From the NCBI RefSeq assembly GCF_009914755.1, contig NC_060936.1: a stretch of 64,000 nucleotides of DNA. One strand, given 5' to 3'. Below are positions 1 through 13,790 of this stretch, in pieces. The stretch comes from the human T2T-CHM13v2.0 reference genome, Homo sapiens. The translations under genes were made by a program, and so were the position numbers. Each line of letters begins with the position of its first letter. The first letter of the stretch is position 1. A model generated the notes under the pieces. It did no database searches, had not been told where the DNA came from, and worked only from the letters and a program-made list of their open reading frames with translations.

Positions 1-301
1 AAACATTGCTCCTACCGCATTGCAGTGTTCTGGAAGAAAACAGGCCTAATTCATCCTCTTCCAGGTTTTGGAGAAGAGGAGGGAAGATGAAGGAATAGCG
101 ATGATAAGTCTGCTTAGTGACCCTGAATCCAGAGATTATGTCCAGCCTGATGGGAGCAGGCCCTTGTGCATGAGAAGGGGGTAGCCTCAGGGTTAATTGG
201 ACACTGCCCCCCTGCCCCCAGCAGAGCTCCAGCTCTCAGCAAGTGCTCTTGAAATTCTTTCCACCCAATCCACAGACGCTGTCTACACCACAGGAGCTCA
301 C

Positions 302-348
302 CTTTGAAGATAGCGATGTAAGCATTGTGGCAAGAATCACTGCCTTCC
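302..348 (-). other. Candidate 47-nt internal exon of a minus-strand gene
   Basis: Minus strand reads ctgcatttccttctcag|GGAAGGCAG...CTTCAAAG|gtgagc, a good pyrimidine tract with AG acceptor and a consensus donor. Contains Kozak-like GCCACAATG (MLTSLSSK, phase 0); another frame (EGSDSCHNAYIAIFK) is also open. Product not recognised. Confidence 0.5.
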
Positions 349-768
349 CTGAGAAGGAAATGCAGTAGGATGTACAAGAAAGCCTAGGGGCTACATAAGG
401 AGGGAAAGCTGAAAAACGATGGAGGAGGGACAGGCTTAGGGACAGGGAGAGGATGGGCTTCCTTGCACAGGACAGTTTGGGAGTGTTACGACTGAACCTG
501 GAGAGCAATTTTACAGAATGCTTTGGCCACATGCTGCGTAGCATGGTCTGAGAGCATGCTTGAAATGACTGAAGGGAGCAGTAGTGATTACAAAAAGGGG
601 ATTGGGATTATCTATTGTATAATGCCAAAGCTCAAACCACAGCTAGACCTGAAGTCCAGATGTATATCACCAAGGAGGCTGGCCTCTGTGCCTCTCATAT
701 GCACAATTCATGGGAGGCAAATATTCATCAGCTGTTTCCTGTTCTATATGAGGTAACACAGCGCTCAT

Positions 769-945
769 GTTCATTCATTTGTTCAATGAATATTCACTCT
801 GTGCAGGCACTTTTTTTAGGTGCCAAAGGCAGCAACAGGCAAATCCAGCAAGGTATTGTCCTTGTGGAGCTTATATTCCAGTGGGCAGAGACAAATAAAA
901 ATACACAGACCAAATAAGCACTTTTAGATAATGAAAAGTGCTGGA
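769..945 (-). mobile_element. L2 3' fragment
   Basis: ttcattcatttgttcaatgaatatt...gtgcaggcact...ccttgtggagcttatattccagtggg resembles the reverse complement of the L2 3' end. Confidence 0.6.
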
Positions 946-2258
946 GCAAGATAACCCCCTCTCTAAGCCACCTGTTGGCACCCCTGTCCCCTGCTCCACT
1001 GGCATTGCTACCAGGATGCTGGAAGCAAACAAATGGGGAGACTTCACTCTCTGGTGTTTTCCCAGGCAGCAGCCCTCAGCAAAGCCAGTGCAGTGGGAAA
1101 ACAGGAGAGGAAAGCTGCCCTGTCTTGCCCCCACTGCTGACACCTGAGAAACTCACTTAGAAAAAAATTGTTTAGACTATAAATAAGATATGAACAGTGT
1201 TATTTCTAGATGGTAACCTTAAGAGATGATTTTTATTTTCTTCTGAATTTTCTGATATTTTTATTACTACAATGCATTATTTTGCAATAAGGAGAGAAAA
1301 ATATTTTTTAATGAGAAGATTGGCCTACCTACATTAAATTAATAAGAAATACATTTGGACAAATAGACAGGGGCCAGATCTTAGGGTGATGAACAACATC
1401 TTACCATATCACTTTATGGTTTACAAAGCAATTTCACAAAAACATCTCCTTCAACCCTTATAAGGCTTTCTCGAGGTTACATAGAAAATGCAGTAGAATG
1501 CCTGACCCTCAGGTCCCTGACTTCTAGGCCAATGTATTTTCCATTATTCCACTGCCCATCTGTAGCAGACCTTACTTCTCTTTACAGCTGAGGGATTCAG
1601 AAAGCCACTGAGCCCCAGATCTGAACTCTCTTGTCCCAAACCTTGCCATCTCCTAGAGTGACCATGCTAATTAATTCATGCATTTATTGATCTAGTCTTT
1701 ACAGACCCCCTACCAGGTTCCAGGCACTGGGTGCATGGGATATGGCGAAGAAGCAAATAGGTCTCCCAGTGGGTTGGGGGAAAGGCTTTAACAAATGAGT
1801 GAATATATGATATAAATCATGGTAACTGCAGTACAAGGAAAGTAAAGAGTATTCTGTGAGTGGCTAGTATGAGAGGGAGCTAATTTGGACGGTGGCACTA
1901 GCCCTTCACTCAATATCCCAGCAATATGCTGTCACTGAGTACAACCAAGGTAAGTAAGACAGCTATTCTAAGATGGAGGCTGAGATTACAAGAGACCAAC
2001 CTGAGTCTCAAAGGGTGTATGTTTTGGATGCCTAGAGAGCTTGCAAAGCCACATGAAAAGTTAGTTAAGAACATCACACGTACTTATAATAATGAAACAG
2101 CTCCCTTAAACCCAGCCTGAAACAAGGTACAGTTTACCAACCAGATAGGTCATCAGAGATGTCCCAAGTCCACATATGATTGTCACTGGGAGAGGTCACT
2201 GAAGGCCAGGAATGTGAAAGTAAAGGTTAAACCAGACAACAATATGTAGCTAACAATA

Positions 2259-3562
2259 AAAGGGGACTTCAAAAAGTTCATAAAAATGGAATTAAAAGAT
2301 GAAAATTACAAATATAAACTTGATTTCCCAACATAAGTTCCATCATGTTTGATACACTTTTTTAAGCAATGACAACAGCCATATAGTCCATCCCTAAAGA
2401 AATGAGGGTCCTGGGAACTTAATCATGTCAATGCAGTCTTTTTTGCATTATTAACTGAAGAAAAATGAGTGCCCTTTAAAGATTTAAGATTAGAAAACAA
2501 AAAGAAGTCAGAAGGAGCAAAATCAGAACTGTACAGTGGATGCCTGATGATTTCCCACCAAACCTCTCTTGAAATTGCCCTTGTCTGAAGAGAAGAAGGA
2601 GCGGGAGCATCATCCTGGTGGAGGACTCTCTGGTGACACTCTCCCAGGCTTTTTTTTTTTTTCTTTTTAGGTGTTTTTCTTCTAATGCTTTGGCTTTCTC
2701 ATAATAAATGCTCTCATAATAAGCAGATGTTATTGTTCTTTGGCTCTTCAGAAAGTCAACAAGCAAAATGCCTTGAGCATTCCAAAAGACCATTGCCATG
2801 ACCTCTGCTCTTGACTGGTCCACATTTGCTTTAACTGGGCCACTTCCACCTCTTGGTTTGATTGTGCTTTGTTTTCAGGATCATACTGAAAAAGCCCTGT
2901 TTCATCCCCTGTTACAGTTCTTCAAAGAAGTCCTTCAGGGTCTTGATCCCACTTGTTTGAAAGTTCCATTGAAAGCTCTGCTCTTGTCTGCAGCTGATCT
3001 GGGCACAAGGGTTTTGTCAAACACTGAGTGGAAAGTTTGCTCAGTTTTAATGTTTCAGTCAATATTATGTAAGCTAAACCAGTTGAGATGTCTATGGTGT
3101 TGGCCATCGTTAGTTCTGTTAAACACTGGTCCTTTTTAGTTAGGGCACAAACAAGATGTATCTTTTCCTTGCAAATTGATGTGGATGGTCTGCTGCTATG
3201 GGCTTCATCTTCAATACCATCTCATCCCTTCTTAAAATGAGCTGTCCATTTGTAAATGCTGATTTTTGGGGGGCATTGTCCCCATGAACTTCTTGTAAAG
3301 CATCAATAATTTCACAATTCTCCTGCCCAAGCTTCTCTACAAATTTGTTGTTTGTTTTTGCTTCAATTTTAGCAGAATTTGTGTTGCTTTGATAGGGGCT
3401 CTTTTCAAACTGATGTCTTTTCCTTCTTAGTGACTCAAACTAGATCCTGTTCAGATGTTATACCAAGTTAGTATGAGTTTATTTTGGTGCTAAAACAATT
3501 TTGAAATTCTTGTATTTTTTTTAATAATATGCATTTTCCATGAACTTTTGGAAGACGCTTTG
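2259..3562 (-). mobile_element. Full-length Hsmar2 mariner DNA transposon with decayed transposase
   Basis: Terminal inverted repeats (aggggacttcaaaaagttca... / ...tgaacttttggaagacgctttg), TA TSDs at 2257-2258 and 3563-3564, ~1.3 kb. Minus-strand peptides VMAMVFWNAQGILLVDFL, KPLCPDQLQTRAELSM...NKWDQDPE, HQDDAPA and HPLYSSDFAPSDFF are mariner transposase motifs. Frameshifted, start codon lost. Confidence 0.93.
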
Positions 3563-4549
3563 TACAAGCCAGGACACTTCAGTGTCTAAGTGGATGGCAC
3601 AGGCATTCGATACCACAGGACTTTAGATGGGGAGAGGACAGGAGCTGACATGTCAGGAAAGGCTTCTGTGGAGCGAGTGGGATTTAAACTGGGCTTAGAG
3701 AGTGAATAGGGTTTGGATGCTCTTCAGGATAATCCCATTTAGCAAGGTCACGAGAAATGCCCAGGAAACCCGCAGCAGTCGATGGGCCTTCTCTTCCAGA
3801 TGCTAGAGGCTGGCTTCCTGGCCTCTAGCCTATCCTGGGACTTCAGAGTGAGGCTGTACCCCCTCCATCATGTCTGCTGGTTTCTAAGTGTCTCTCTAAC
3901 AATGCTCTGAAGAGCCAGGAGTGCTGCTGGCCACCAAAGCTGAACATGAAGACTGATTTCAGCACTGGGCAAGCCGGCAAATGCTTGCATATATCCATAC
4001 GCACAACTCAAATACTTCCAAGTGCTGGGACCCAGTGGCCACAAAACATTCAAGTCAGGTTATGTTCTCAGCTGCCACTTGATATTGCAGGCCTACCACT
4101 GCGATCCGGGCTAGGGTAAGCTCCCTGGACACACCACCGACTGAACGATAACAACAGCAATAACCATAAAATGATGAGAGCACACTTTTATATGGTGCTT
4201 CAGAGTACACAAAGGATTTTGTCATTTATGCCTCTCATTTATGAGTCACTATCTTATTTGTAATACACCTACATTATTATACGGCTTTCAAAGATTACGC
4301 TATCTTATTTGTAATAAGAACATGCCAGCAGTTATGGATCCTGGTTGACAGCTGTGGAGGGCTGGGCCTGGGGATGCCAGATGTCTCCCATATACTCCTC
4401 CATGTGACACTTAGTCATCTTCAATGACACCTTCATCTCCAAAGCATTCCAACTCGGTGGTGTGGCCTTTGAATGGATGAAGAGAGCCTTAGATGAGGCT
4501 CAGGATCCTGTGCTCAGTTCCCATGTGACCCTAGATGGATCTCACTCTG

Positions 4550-4800
4550 TCTTAAGAACACTAGGCTTTGGTTTTAGACAGCCCTGGGTTCAAGTCCCAG
4601 CTCTGCCACTTCCTACCTGTGATCCTCAGGAAGTTATTTATCTTCTCTGAGCCAATTTCTCCTGTGTTAAACATGGATGACAACAGCACCTCTCATAAAG
4701 TTTTTGTGAAGATGATAAGATACACAGCACACAGAAAGTGCTTAGCACAGGGTATGACCCATACTTAGTGCTTTAAGTGCTAATTATATTATTACTATTA
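4550..4800 (+). mobile_element. MIR SINE
   Basis: ctgggttcaagtcccagctctgccacttcct...tctctgagcc...aaagtgcttagcacag MIR core. Confidence 0.8.
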
Positions 4801-5054
4801 TCATCATAGGGAAGATAGTACAGTGTTGTTCCCTCGCCTGAACCCACAGACTAGGTCAGGACCCAGGGGCGTGGGCATCCTTCCTCTTTTTGCATGAGCT
4901 CAGCATGCTCCAGTGGGTGGAACCGAGGGCCCTGGGTGAAGACACCTTTGTGGAGCAGGCAGCATTCTCTCTCAAGCAGCCGGGCTTGCAGGGATGCTCT
5001 TCTCCCAGTTTCCATGCCTTGGGGGGATGGCAGAGTCTTGATCCCAAGCCATAG

Positions 5055-5364
5055 ACCTGTACTGTCCAATACAGTAGCCACAAGCCACATATGAAGGTGA
5101 GCACTTGAACTGTGGACAGTCTAAAGTGAGATGTAAGAGCAAAAGAGATTTCAAAGACTGAGTTCAAAAGAAAGGAATGTAAAAGATCTCGTTAATAATT
5201 TTTAGAGTGACTGCATGCTGAAATGATTATATGTTGCATGTATTAGGTTAAACAAAATGTTATTACAATGAATTTCATCTGTTTCTTTTACTTTTTTAAA
5301 ACAATGTGGCCAAAATGGAAAATTATACAAGTGGCTCATGTTGCATTTCTGATGTGCAGCGCTG
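5055..5364. mobile_element. MER33/MER3-type hAT-Charlie DNA transposon
   Basis: ctgtactgtccaatacagtagccacaagccacat...gtggctcatgttgcatttct...cagcgctg termini, ~310 bp. Confidence 0.7.
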
Positions 5365-6367
5365 GTCTGGAGTGTAAGCTCCATGAAGGCAGGTGTCTCT
5401 TTGGTTCACAGCTGTATCCCTGGCATCCAGAAAAGCACCTGAATGGATGAGTGAGCCAGTGAGTGTGTGAGGCTGGAGGAGAGTTTACAAGAAGCTGGAG
5501 GTCCTACTTGAGCAGACAGGAACAACTCCTGGACTCCTTGAGTTAGGGTTGAAAGTAGGAATAACACAGGCTCCTTTCCAAAAACTTCAGGGTGGGGAGA
5601 CTGGGACCAGGTCAGGAGGGGAATTTGCTCAGGAGGCCACAGGTTAAAGCAAAGTAGAGCACCCAAGAGAGAATGTTTTGGGGGAGTTAACACAGCAGAT
5701 GTTATGATTAACACAGCCTCGGTTATGTGCAGATGAGGAAATGGAGGCCGGATTCCAACCAAGCACATCTCAAACCCATGCTCTTTCTACTGAATCCCTT
5801 ACCTCCCACAGGCAATGTAGAGGTGCAGAAAGAAAACCAGACTTGGGATTTTTTTTAAAAAAAGCATATTCCCCCATGTCACCGCTGATGTCCTAACCTC
5901 AGGAAAGTCACTTGGCCTCCTTGGGCCTCGGGCTCCTCTTGTCCTCCTCCATAGTAGGTAAATCACCAGATCCTGTCCATTTCATTTCTTTCTAATGGTG
6001 TGCAGAGATAGGAAATCCTATCCCGGAATGTAGTCTCAAAGGCTGAGCCCTGCATAGTTCCCCTCCTTTCATGCTCCAAAAGAGGCTCTCTGACTGAGGT
6101 TTCTTTGCATCACCCAAATCAATGATTTGTTTAAGGGTTCTCTTTGATTTAACTTGGTTTTAGATGCTTTTCATCAGAAGCCAAAACCGTGCAGACTCTT
6201 TCCTTGATCTGGTAATGAAATTCCCTCTGAGATATTTAATACTAGAAACAGCCTCTGCTATACCATATTCTTTCAAGAAAAAAGACATCTAAATAACAAA
6301 AATCCTGCCATATCCAAATAAAAATCTCAGATTGTGAATGGACTTATCTCTCTTATATCTGCTTTCA

Positions 6368-6710
<343 letters not shown>

Positions 6711-7004
6711 AGAAAGAAAGAAAGAAAAAGAAAAGAAAGAAAGAAAGAGAGAGAGAGAAAGGAAGGGAGGGCGGGAGGGAGGGGGAGGGAGGGAGGGAGA
6801 GAGAAGAAGAAAGAAAAAGAAAGAAAGAAAGAAAGAAAGAAAGAGGGAAGGAAAGAAAGAAAGAGAGAGAGAAAGAAAGAAAGAAAAAGAAAGAAAGAAG
6901 GAAAGAAAGAGAGACAGAAAGAAAAGAAAGAAAGAAAGAAAAAGGAAAGAAAGAGAGAGAGAAACGAAGGAAGGGGGAGGGGGGGAGGGACGGAGTGAGA
7001 GAGA

Positions 7005-7065
<61 letters not shown>

Positions 7066-7085
7066 CAAAAGAAAAAAAGAAACAA
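6711..7085 (+). repeat. Polypurine GA-rich tract including (AAAG)n STR, derived from the Alu tail
   Basis: ~375 bp almost purely A/G; uninterrupted AAAG run at ~7007-7065. Confidence 0.95.
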
Positions 7086-7849
7086 ATAAAAATGGAGGGT
7101 ACTTAATACACCGCCAGGCTCTTGTGCCTGCCACAGGTCTCGACGGGATCCTGATGCTCTAACGTTTTCTACTGTGTTAATCCCTCACAACATTCTCTCT
7201 CGTGTGCTCTGCTTTGCATTGACCTGTGGCGTGCTGAGTGAATTCTCCTCCTGACCTGGTCCCAGCCTCCCTACCCCGAGCTTTTTGGAAGAGAGCCTGT
7301 GTTATTCCCACTTCCAATCCTCGCTCAAGAGCCTCTTACATTTTAATCTAACCAGAGTATTTTAGAGCCAAAACTGACTTCTTAGAGAAGAAAATCTCAC
7401 CCACTCCCACCCAGGTGAAACGCCAACATTATTTTTGATCAGAAGGGATAAAGAAAGATTTGCCAGTATCAACTGTGTCATTCTAAAGCAAGACAAAGTC
7501 GAATCATGGTGGGCAGAGCTGCTTTCCAACACAACCCCATGCAGGATGCAGAACTCACTTTATTACCCGCCTGTGGCTCAGCCACTTGTTGAATTATTAT
7601 GGATTTTTAGTCTCTTCCCTCACCCACTCAGCAGAGTGGTTGACTGGCCAGCACTTTCTAGTGCTCATGAGAATGCCTGAGTTTTAAATAAGCAGCACGC
7701 ACCAGCACAGCAAAGCTGCTTTCTCAACAATGATTACATGCAGAATTCCAAAGCCAAACAAATTCACCTAGCGGCTCTATTCAGCTAACATTTACAGAGT
7801 GACTCCTAGTAAAAGATGCTGTGTTAGGAACGGGGTAAAAAGCAAGTGA

Positions 7850-8200
7850 GGCCAGCCATGATGACTCACACCTGTAATCCCAGCACTTTGGGAGGCTGAG
7901 GCAAGAGGGTCGCTTGAGCCCAGGAATTTGAGACCAGCCTGGGCAACATAGCAAGACCCCGTCTCTACAAAAAAAAAAAAGAAAGAAAGAAAAGAAAGAA
8001 AGAAGGAAAGAAAGAAAAAGAGAGAGAGAGCAAAAGAAAAAACTAGCCAAGTGCAGTGGTACATGCCTGTAGTCCTAGCTACTTGGGAGGCTCTCTTGAA
8101 CCTAGGAGTTTGAGGTTGCAGTAAGTGAGCCATGATCACACCACTGTACTCCAGTCTGGGCAACAGAGTCTCAATCATGTCTCAAAAAAAAAAAAAAAAA
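7850..8200 (+). mobile_element. AluJ with expanded A/G-rich middle linker
   Basis: gcttgagcccaggaatttgagaccagcctgggcaacatagcaagacccc (AluJ diagnostic), poly(A) tail. Confidence 0.9.
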
Positions 8201-11200
8201 GTGAGTGAAACGTTATTCTTCTCCTCAAATAGCTTATAGTCTAGTGGAGATAAATGCATGTGAAAAACTAAAATGTAAGGCAGAATGAGAAAAGGGCAAT
8301 AAGAAAAGACATGTACACTGAAAAAAGACTAGAAGGAAATGTACCACAATATCAATGGTGGTTATCTTGTTTATTGGGTTTATGGGTGATTTTTATGATG
8401 TTCTTTAGTATTTCCTATATTCTCTGTGTTTATGTTAACCCCCAGGGCTGTGGGGAGGGGAAGGGAGATGGAAGACGTCCAGCACGTGTTTGGAAAAATG
8501 TGAGTAGGGAACAGGGTGCACTGGAACAAGGACAGAGTAAGAGATAGGACAGGAGGGCTAGAAAGCCTTGAATGTCATGCCAAATTGACTCAGTTGCTCA
8601 CTGTCAGTGTTTCAATGGCCTTTTGTGATTGTTGCTGATGCATCACCCATCACACTGGATTAGACTTGTGTACATGTCTACCCCCATACATTTTTAGCTC
8701 CCTGAAGTCAGGGATCATGGCTTATTCATTCTGTAACCATACTACCCAGCACAATGACTAGCACATAACAGGAGTCAACAAAATCTTCTTGGATGTGTTG
8801 GATTCTAACAGGGTTATTCCTTATTTTGCAGGTTATAAGGAGTCATCAAGGGTTCCAGGACCTGACATATTTTAGGGAGTTCATATGGAATATATACCAG
8901 GCACTATGCTGGGAGCCTTAATTGTCTTAATTGACCCTACCTATAACCCTCATTGTCCACATTCATTTACACATGAGGTTCAGAAAGTTTAGGTAACCCA
9001 CCTAAGGTCATACAGTCTGAAGACAGTGTGGGTGCTAAAGTCAAACAGAAAGAAGTAAGGAGACTAGACCCATGAGAGGCCGTGGGGACCTGGAATGGCA
9101 CAGCCACTCGAGAACGAAGTGTGGAGCGAGGCTGGCATCTGGGAGGCCGTATGGAGGTAGCACTTACAGCTGAGGGGTGATGAACTCCGTGGCTCCTGCA
9201 TCAGGCACATTTATCATTTCTGATGTCAGCACAGGACACACAGTACCAACAGGGACTCATCCTTGCCTTATTAGAATAGCTACCAGAAGTAGGATTTGTG
9301 CAAACAGCCCCTAACCATGCTGTGAATAGTCCCCCTCCACTCTCTCATCCACTGGCTTTTTCATGAAATTCCTAGACCCAGACACTTTCATGAAAATGTT
9401 GATACAACTGGCTCTGACTACAAATGTAAATCAATTTCCCTAGCCTAAACAAAAACAGAATTGGGAATCAGAAATGCTTTCTCATCCCATCTCAGTCACT
9501 GACTAAATAGGTACTCTTCATCTATTTCCTTACCCTCTCTGAGCCTCAGTTTCCTTATCTGTGGATTGATTGGGCTGGACAAGATGATCTTTAAGATCCT
9601 TCAGACTACATCCAAAACTGTATGTTCTCAGGAACTTTGTACTCCTCCTTAGCATTTATGACCATTGTAACTAAACAATTCCTGGTGTAACTAGTGAACA
9701 TCTATTACTCCTGCTGGACTGCGAGCTCCTTGAGCCCGGGGACTATCTGTCTTGTTCCCAGTAATACTTGCAGCCTTGACTAGAGTGCTGAGCATGGAGT
9801 AGCATGCCATGTCTGCAGCACAGACACATGGCTGCTCCCTTTCTCTGGGTTGGAGCTATGTGTGGACCGCAACCAGCCTTAGGCCTTCTCACCATGATAG
9901 GGCTTCTCTAATGGTGCTTGCTCTCTGGAGGACACTGTTTCTCTCCATGGTTCAGGTGGCCAGTTAGTGTCAGATTTATCCACCCTTCCAGCCAACCCTG
10001 GAAAACTCTTTTGGATTTTCTAATAAATAAGAGGAGGTCAGTGGTGGGGGGTTTGGAAACTGTGTGTGTTTGCATTCAAAATACCCTACTGCTCAACTGG
10101 AAACGTTTTCACACGTCTCTGACTCAGTGGCACAGAGAGATGCCTAGGGATGCCCCTAGGTGTCCCTAGGGGCAGCTCAGTGCCCCAGTGAGACTTAGCA
10201 ACTCCAGCCATGGTCCTCCATCCTGCTCCCTAACCTCAGCCCCACATCTCACGTTAAGAGGCCAGGCCTTTCTCTCTCAAGCCCATAGTAGGCAAGGATG
10301 CTGGGGTTCTTGTAGGCAGGAGGATGCCTGGAATGACCTCCACCAGGGCCTCTTATCCAGGGGATCCCAAAGCTGCTCCTTGGAGCCAACAGCTGCATTT
10401 TGGCCTGTGCTTACCATTCTGCAGTCTCTCTCTCAACATTAAATCAGTAGCCACTGACATTACAGTGTCAGTCATATGACGGTGTCCATAGAAGGAAGAG
10501 ATCTCCTTCCTTTAAAGATGTTTATTTCCAGAAAATGAAATGAAGGCACTCCTATGCCCTTCCTTCGTTTCTAGGACAATGGGTAACGTCAAATCCCCAA
10601 TAGAGCTGGCAATCAAAGACTAAGAATAATCATGCATCAGTTGTTCCCATCTGTTTCCTCCTGTCTCCTTCCAATCCAGGCCCCCAGCACCCGGCCCTAG
10701 TGCTCAGTGCATCACAGTCCCTAGATTCTTCTTGTCAGGCGGCGTTTAATTGCTTTTCTCTACCCTTAAGGCCGTATTATACTCAGGGTGAGCTCTCTGC
10801 TCCCAGAGTATTGGCCCTTTCTGAGTTCACTGTTCAAAACAACACCTGGGAAATGCACGCACAAGATCCAGAAATGAGATTGGTGTGTTCTTGCACAAGC
10901 CCTCTCACACCCTCTAGGCTCCTGCTGAGCCAGCCAGAGAAGTCAGCGAGGACTCTGCTTTCATGGGCATTGTTAATGAAAGTTTCACTTGCTTAAGTTT
11001 GCAGAAAGTAGGGCATGGATCTGCGCTTCATCATGCAGTGCCCCGCGAGACGCCTCCCCAAGATAGCTGGCTGGTTATTAACTAAGCACAGCTGGCATTG
11101 TGTGTGCTCTGAGGCTGGCTGCTCTCATTCCAGCTTGGTGGTCTAAGCATAGGAGAAAATGGTCCCTTAGGAGAAGCTTGTCAGAAGTGATGTGACTTAG

Positions 11201-11790
11201 TTTAGATATCTGCAGGTAGGACTGACTTCTAAGACATTGGCAGGGCCATCCAATGATGTCAGCAATATCACCCAGACCGTCTGGGGCTGCAAAACAAATA
11301 GCTTTGCTGGGATTCATAAAGCCACCATCGTAAAGTGGAACTGCTGGTGTTGGGGAGGGGTGGAGTGCACCCTGGAGGGAGTGACCCTTACATTGATGGA
11401 CAACAGAACACTAAGTGTTCAGACATCCGACCTCACCCTTCACTGGTTCCCACTGCTATGGAATGGAGTGTGAACTCGCTTCCTGGGCTGCTTGGGCTCT
11501 TTTGGTCTAAGGAGGCGCAGCAAGCACTATTTTCCAAAATAGGACAGGAGAGAATGGAGAAGAAGAATGGAGAGGAATTCATCTTTCCTAGAAAAAGGAA
11601 ATATTCTCTGGTTGGTTCTCCACAGAATCAGTGCCCGCTCCCCCTGGACAGTCGCTGTCCTATAATAGTGGTCCTGCCTCCCATTTTCCCTCCAGCCAGG
11701 CCTCCCTGCTTTCACTCACTTTGCTTCCATATGAGAAAGGCTCTCCCACATCTCTTCCATCTCACCAAATCTCCTCCACCCGTTAGGCAG

Positions 11791-12238
11791 GGTTTTAATC
11801 TATAAGGGTTGCCAATGAATTATCAAAAACCAGGTGTCTTAAAACAACAGATTTCTTCTCTCACAGTTCTGGAGGCCAGAAGTCCTAAATCAAGGTGACT
11901 GCGGCGCTGTGTCCCCTCTAAAGGCTCCTGCAGAGAATCTGCTCCTTGCTTCTTCCGGCTCTGGTACCTCCAGGTGTTCCTTGGCTTGAGGCTATATCAC
12001 TCCAGCTCTGCCTCTGTCCTCATTTGGCCTTCTTCTCTCTATGTCCCTCCTCTGTGTGTCTCTTTATGAAGACACTTGCCACTGAATTCAGGGCCCACCC
12101 AGATAACCCAGGATGATCTCATCTAAAGATCCCTCACTTCATTACATCTGCAAAGACTCTTTTTTCCAAATAAGGTCATATTCACCAGTTCTGGCAGTTA
12201 GGACATGGGCCTATCTTTTTACCATTCGCCCCTCTGCA
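11791..12238 (-). mobile_element. MLT1 (B/C-like) MaLR solo LTR
   Basis: ttaaaacaacaga...ctcacagttctggaggccagaagtcc...acatctgcaaagac...ttccaaataaggtc. Confidence 0.85.
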
Positions 12239-12240
12239 GG

Positions 12241-12410
12241 CACTGATTCTCAACCCTCAGAGTACATCAGATCCTCTGGGGAGATTTTTAAACACTCCAG
12301 ATGCGTGGGCCTCACTCCAGAAATTTGTTTTCACATGATCCTGGATGGGAAATTAAATAAGTATTTTCTTTTCTTCAATTCCCCAGTTTCTCAAGCGCAG
12401 CCAGGATGGT
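12241..12410. mobile_element. MER5-type hAT fragment
   Basis: cactgattctcaaccc...acatcagatc...gggcctcactccaga. Confidence 0.55.
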
Positions 12411-12605
12411 GGGGCAGGGGCAAGGAGCACCACATCTCCCGGACAGTACTTCATTGAAGAAGACATTGTAAAGAATCCCAGCTTTCACTGATCACTTTCT
12501 CCTCCAGGATTTTTTTTTTTCTGACTGAGTCATGAATCAGGCTGTCATCCATTGTTTTGTAAATGTTGCACAAAGAATGTCAGAGACCTTGGAGATCATT
12601 TAACC

Positions 12606-13030
12606 CAGTGGTGCTCCACCCTATCCAATCAATGCCCTATTTTTGTAACAAATATTTAGAAACACCATCTTTACCACCTGAAATACAATTCCTAGAAAAG
12701 TCGGTCGACCCAAACGCATAAAGTAGCCCTAATTTTAATAAAAGGATAAAAAGGAAATGTGATTAATATATATAAATACATACTATATGTATATTTTATA
12801 TATATACGTATATACACAGAGAGAGAGAGAGCAAGCACACACTTGGCATGTCATCTTGTGCAGGAGCCATGCTAATCTTCTTTGTATCATTCCAATTTTA
12901 GTATACGTGCTGCCAAAGTGAGCACAGAAATGTGATTCTTAATAAAATAATATGTCTGTCAATATGTACGTGCTCATGCATGCCTGCACTGGAACACATA
13001 ATGAAGTAGTCAACACTTCCACCTACCTAT
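12606..13030. mobile_element. hAT-Charlie-like DNA transposon fragment interrupted by the U6 retrocopy
   Basis: cagtggtgctc terminus; taacaaatattt...aataaaataatatgt...cataatgaagtagtca Charlie/MER-like sequence; subfamily uncertain. Confidence 0.5.
12843..12925 (-). pseudogene. U6 snRNA retropseudogene, 3'-truncated (~first 83 nt)
   Basis: Minus strand gtgctcactttggcagcacgtatactaaaattggaatgatacaaagaagattagcatggctcctgcacaagatgacatgc aligns to the U6 5' end with CpG decay; direct repeat GAAATGTGATT at 12754-12764 and 12927-12937. Confidence 0.93.
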
Positions 13031-13473
13031 AATGGTTAAGTTTAGATTTAACAGAAGACAAATAGAAGCCACTTCATATAAGAAGTACAAGGAAATAAAA
13101 GATCAGAGGGATATAGGAGGACAATAGAATAAAGAAGTGTTACAATGAGTTACCCCCCTTTCCTGGCCGTATATGATAACAGGAAGAAGGAAATAACCTT
13201 CACTGAGGTACAGATAACAAGCCAAATCAAATTACAAATGTGCAAGCAGAGGAAACAAGGAAGCACAGGATCCTGTCTCGTGAGCTCAGTCTTACGTATA
13301 AGTGTAGCGTCATGATAATTTATTACGCTGTGATATGGGGCAGGATAGTGACAAAGTGTCACAGAAAACATGTTTCCAGTCTGGAAATCCCACCCACTGT
13401 GTTGAGGCATATATTCGGTCTTTAGCAGTAAAGAAAAAAAAAAGAAAGAAAAGAAAGAAAGAAAAAAAAAAGT

Positions 13474-13790
<317 letters not shown>

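Noticed and set aside
2476-2823. Transposase-like ORF as an active or domesticated gene
   Set aside because: Fragment of a frameshifted Hsmar2 copy without its start codon
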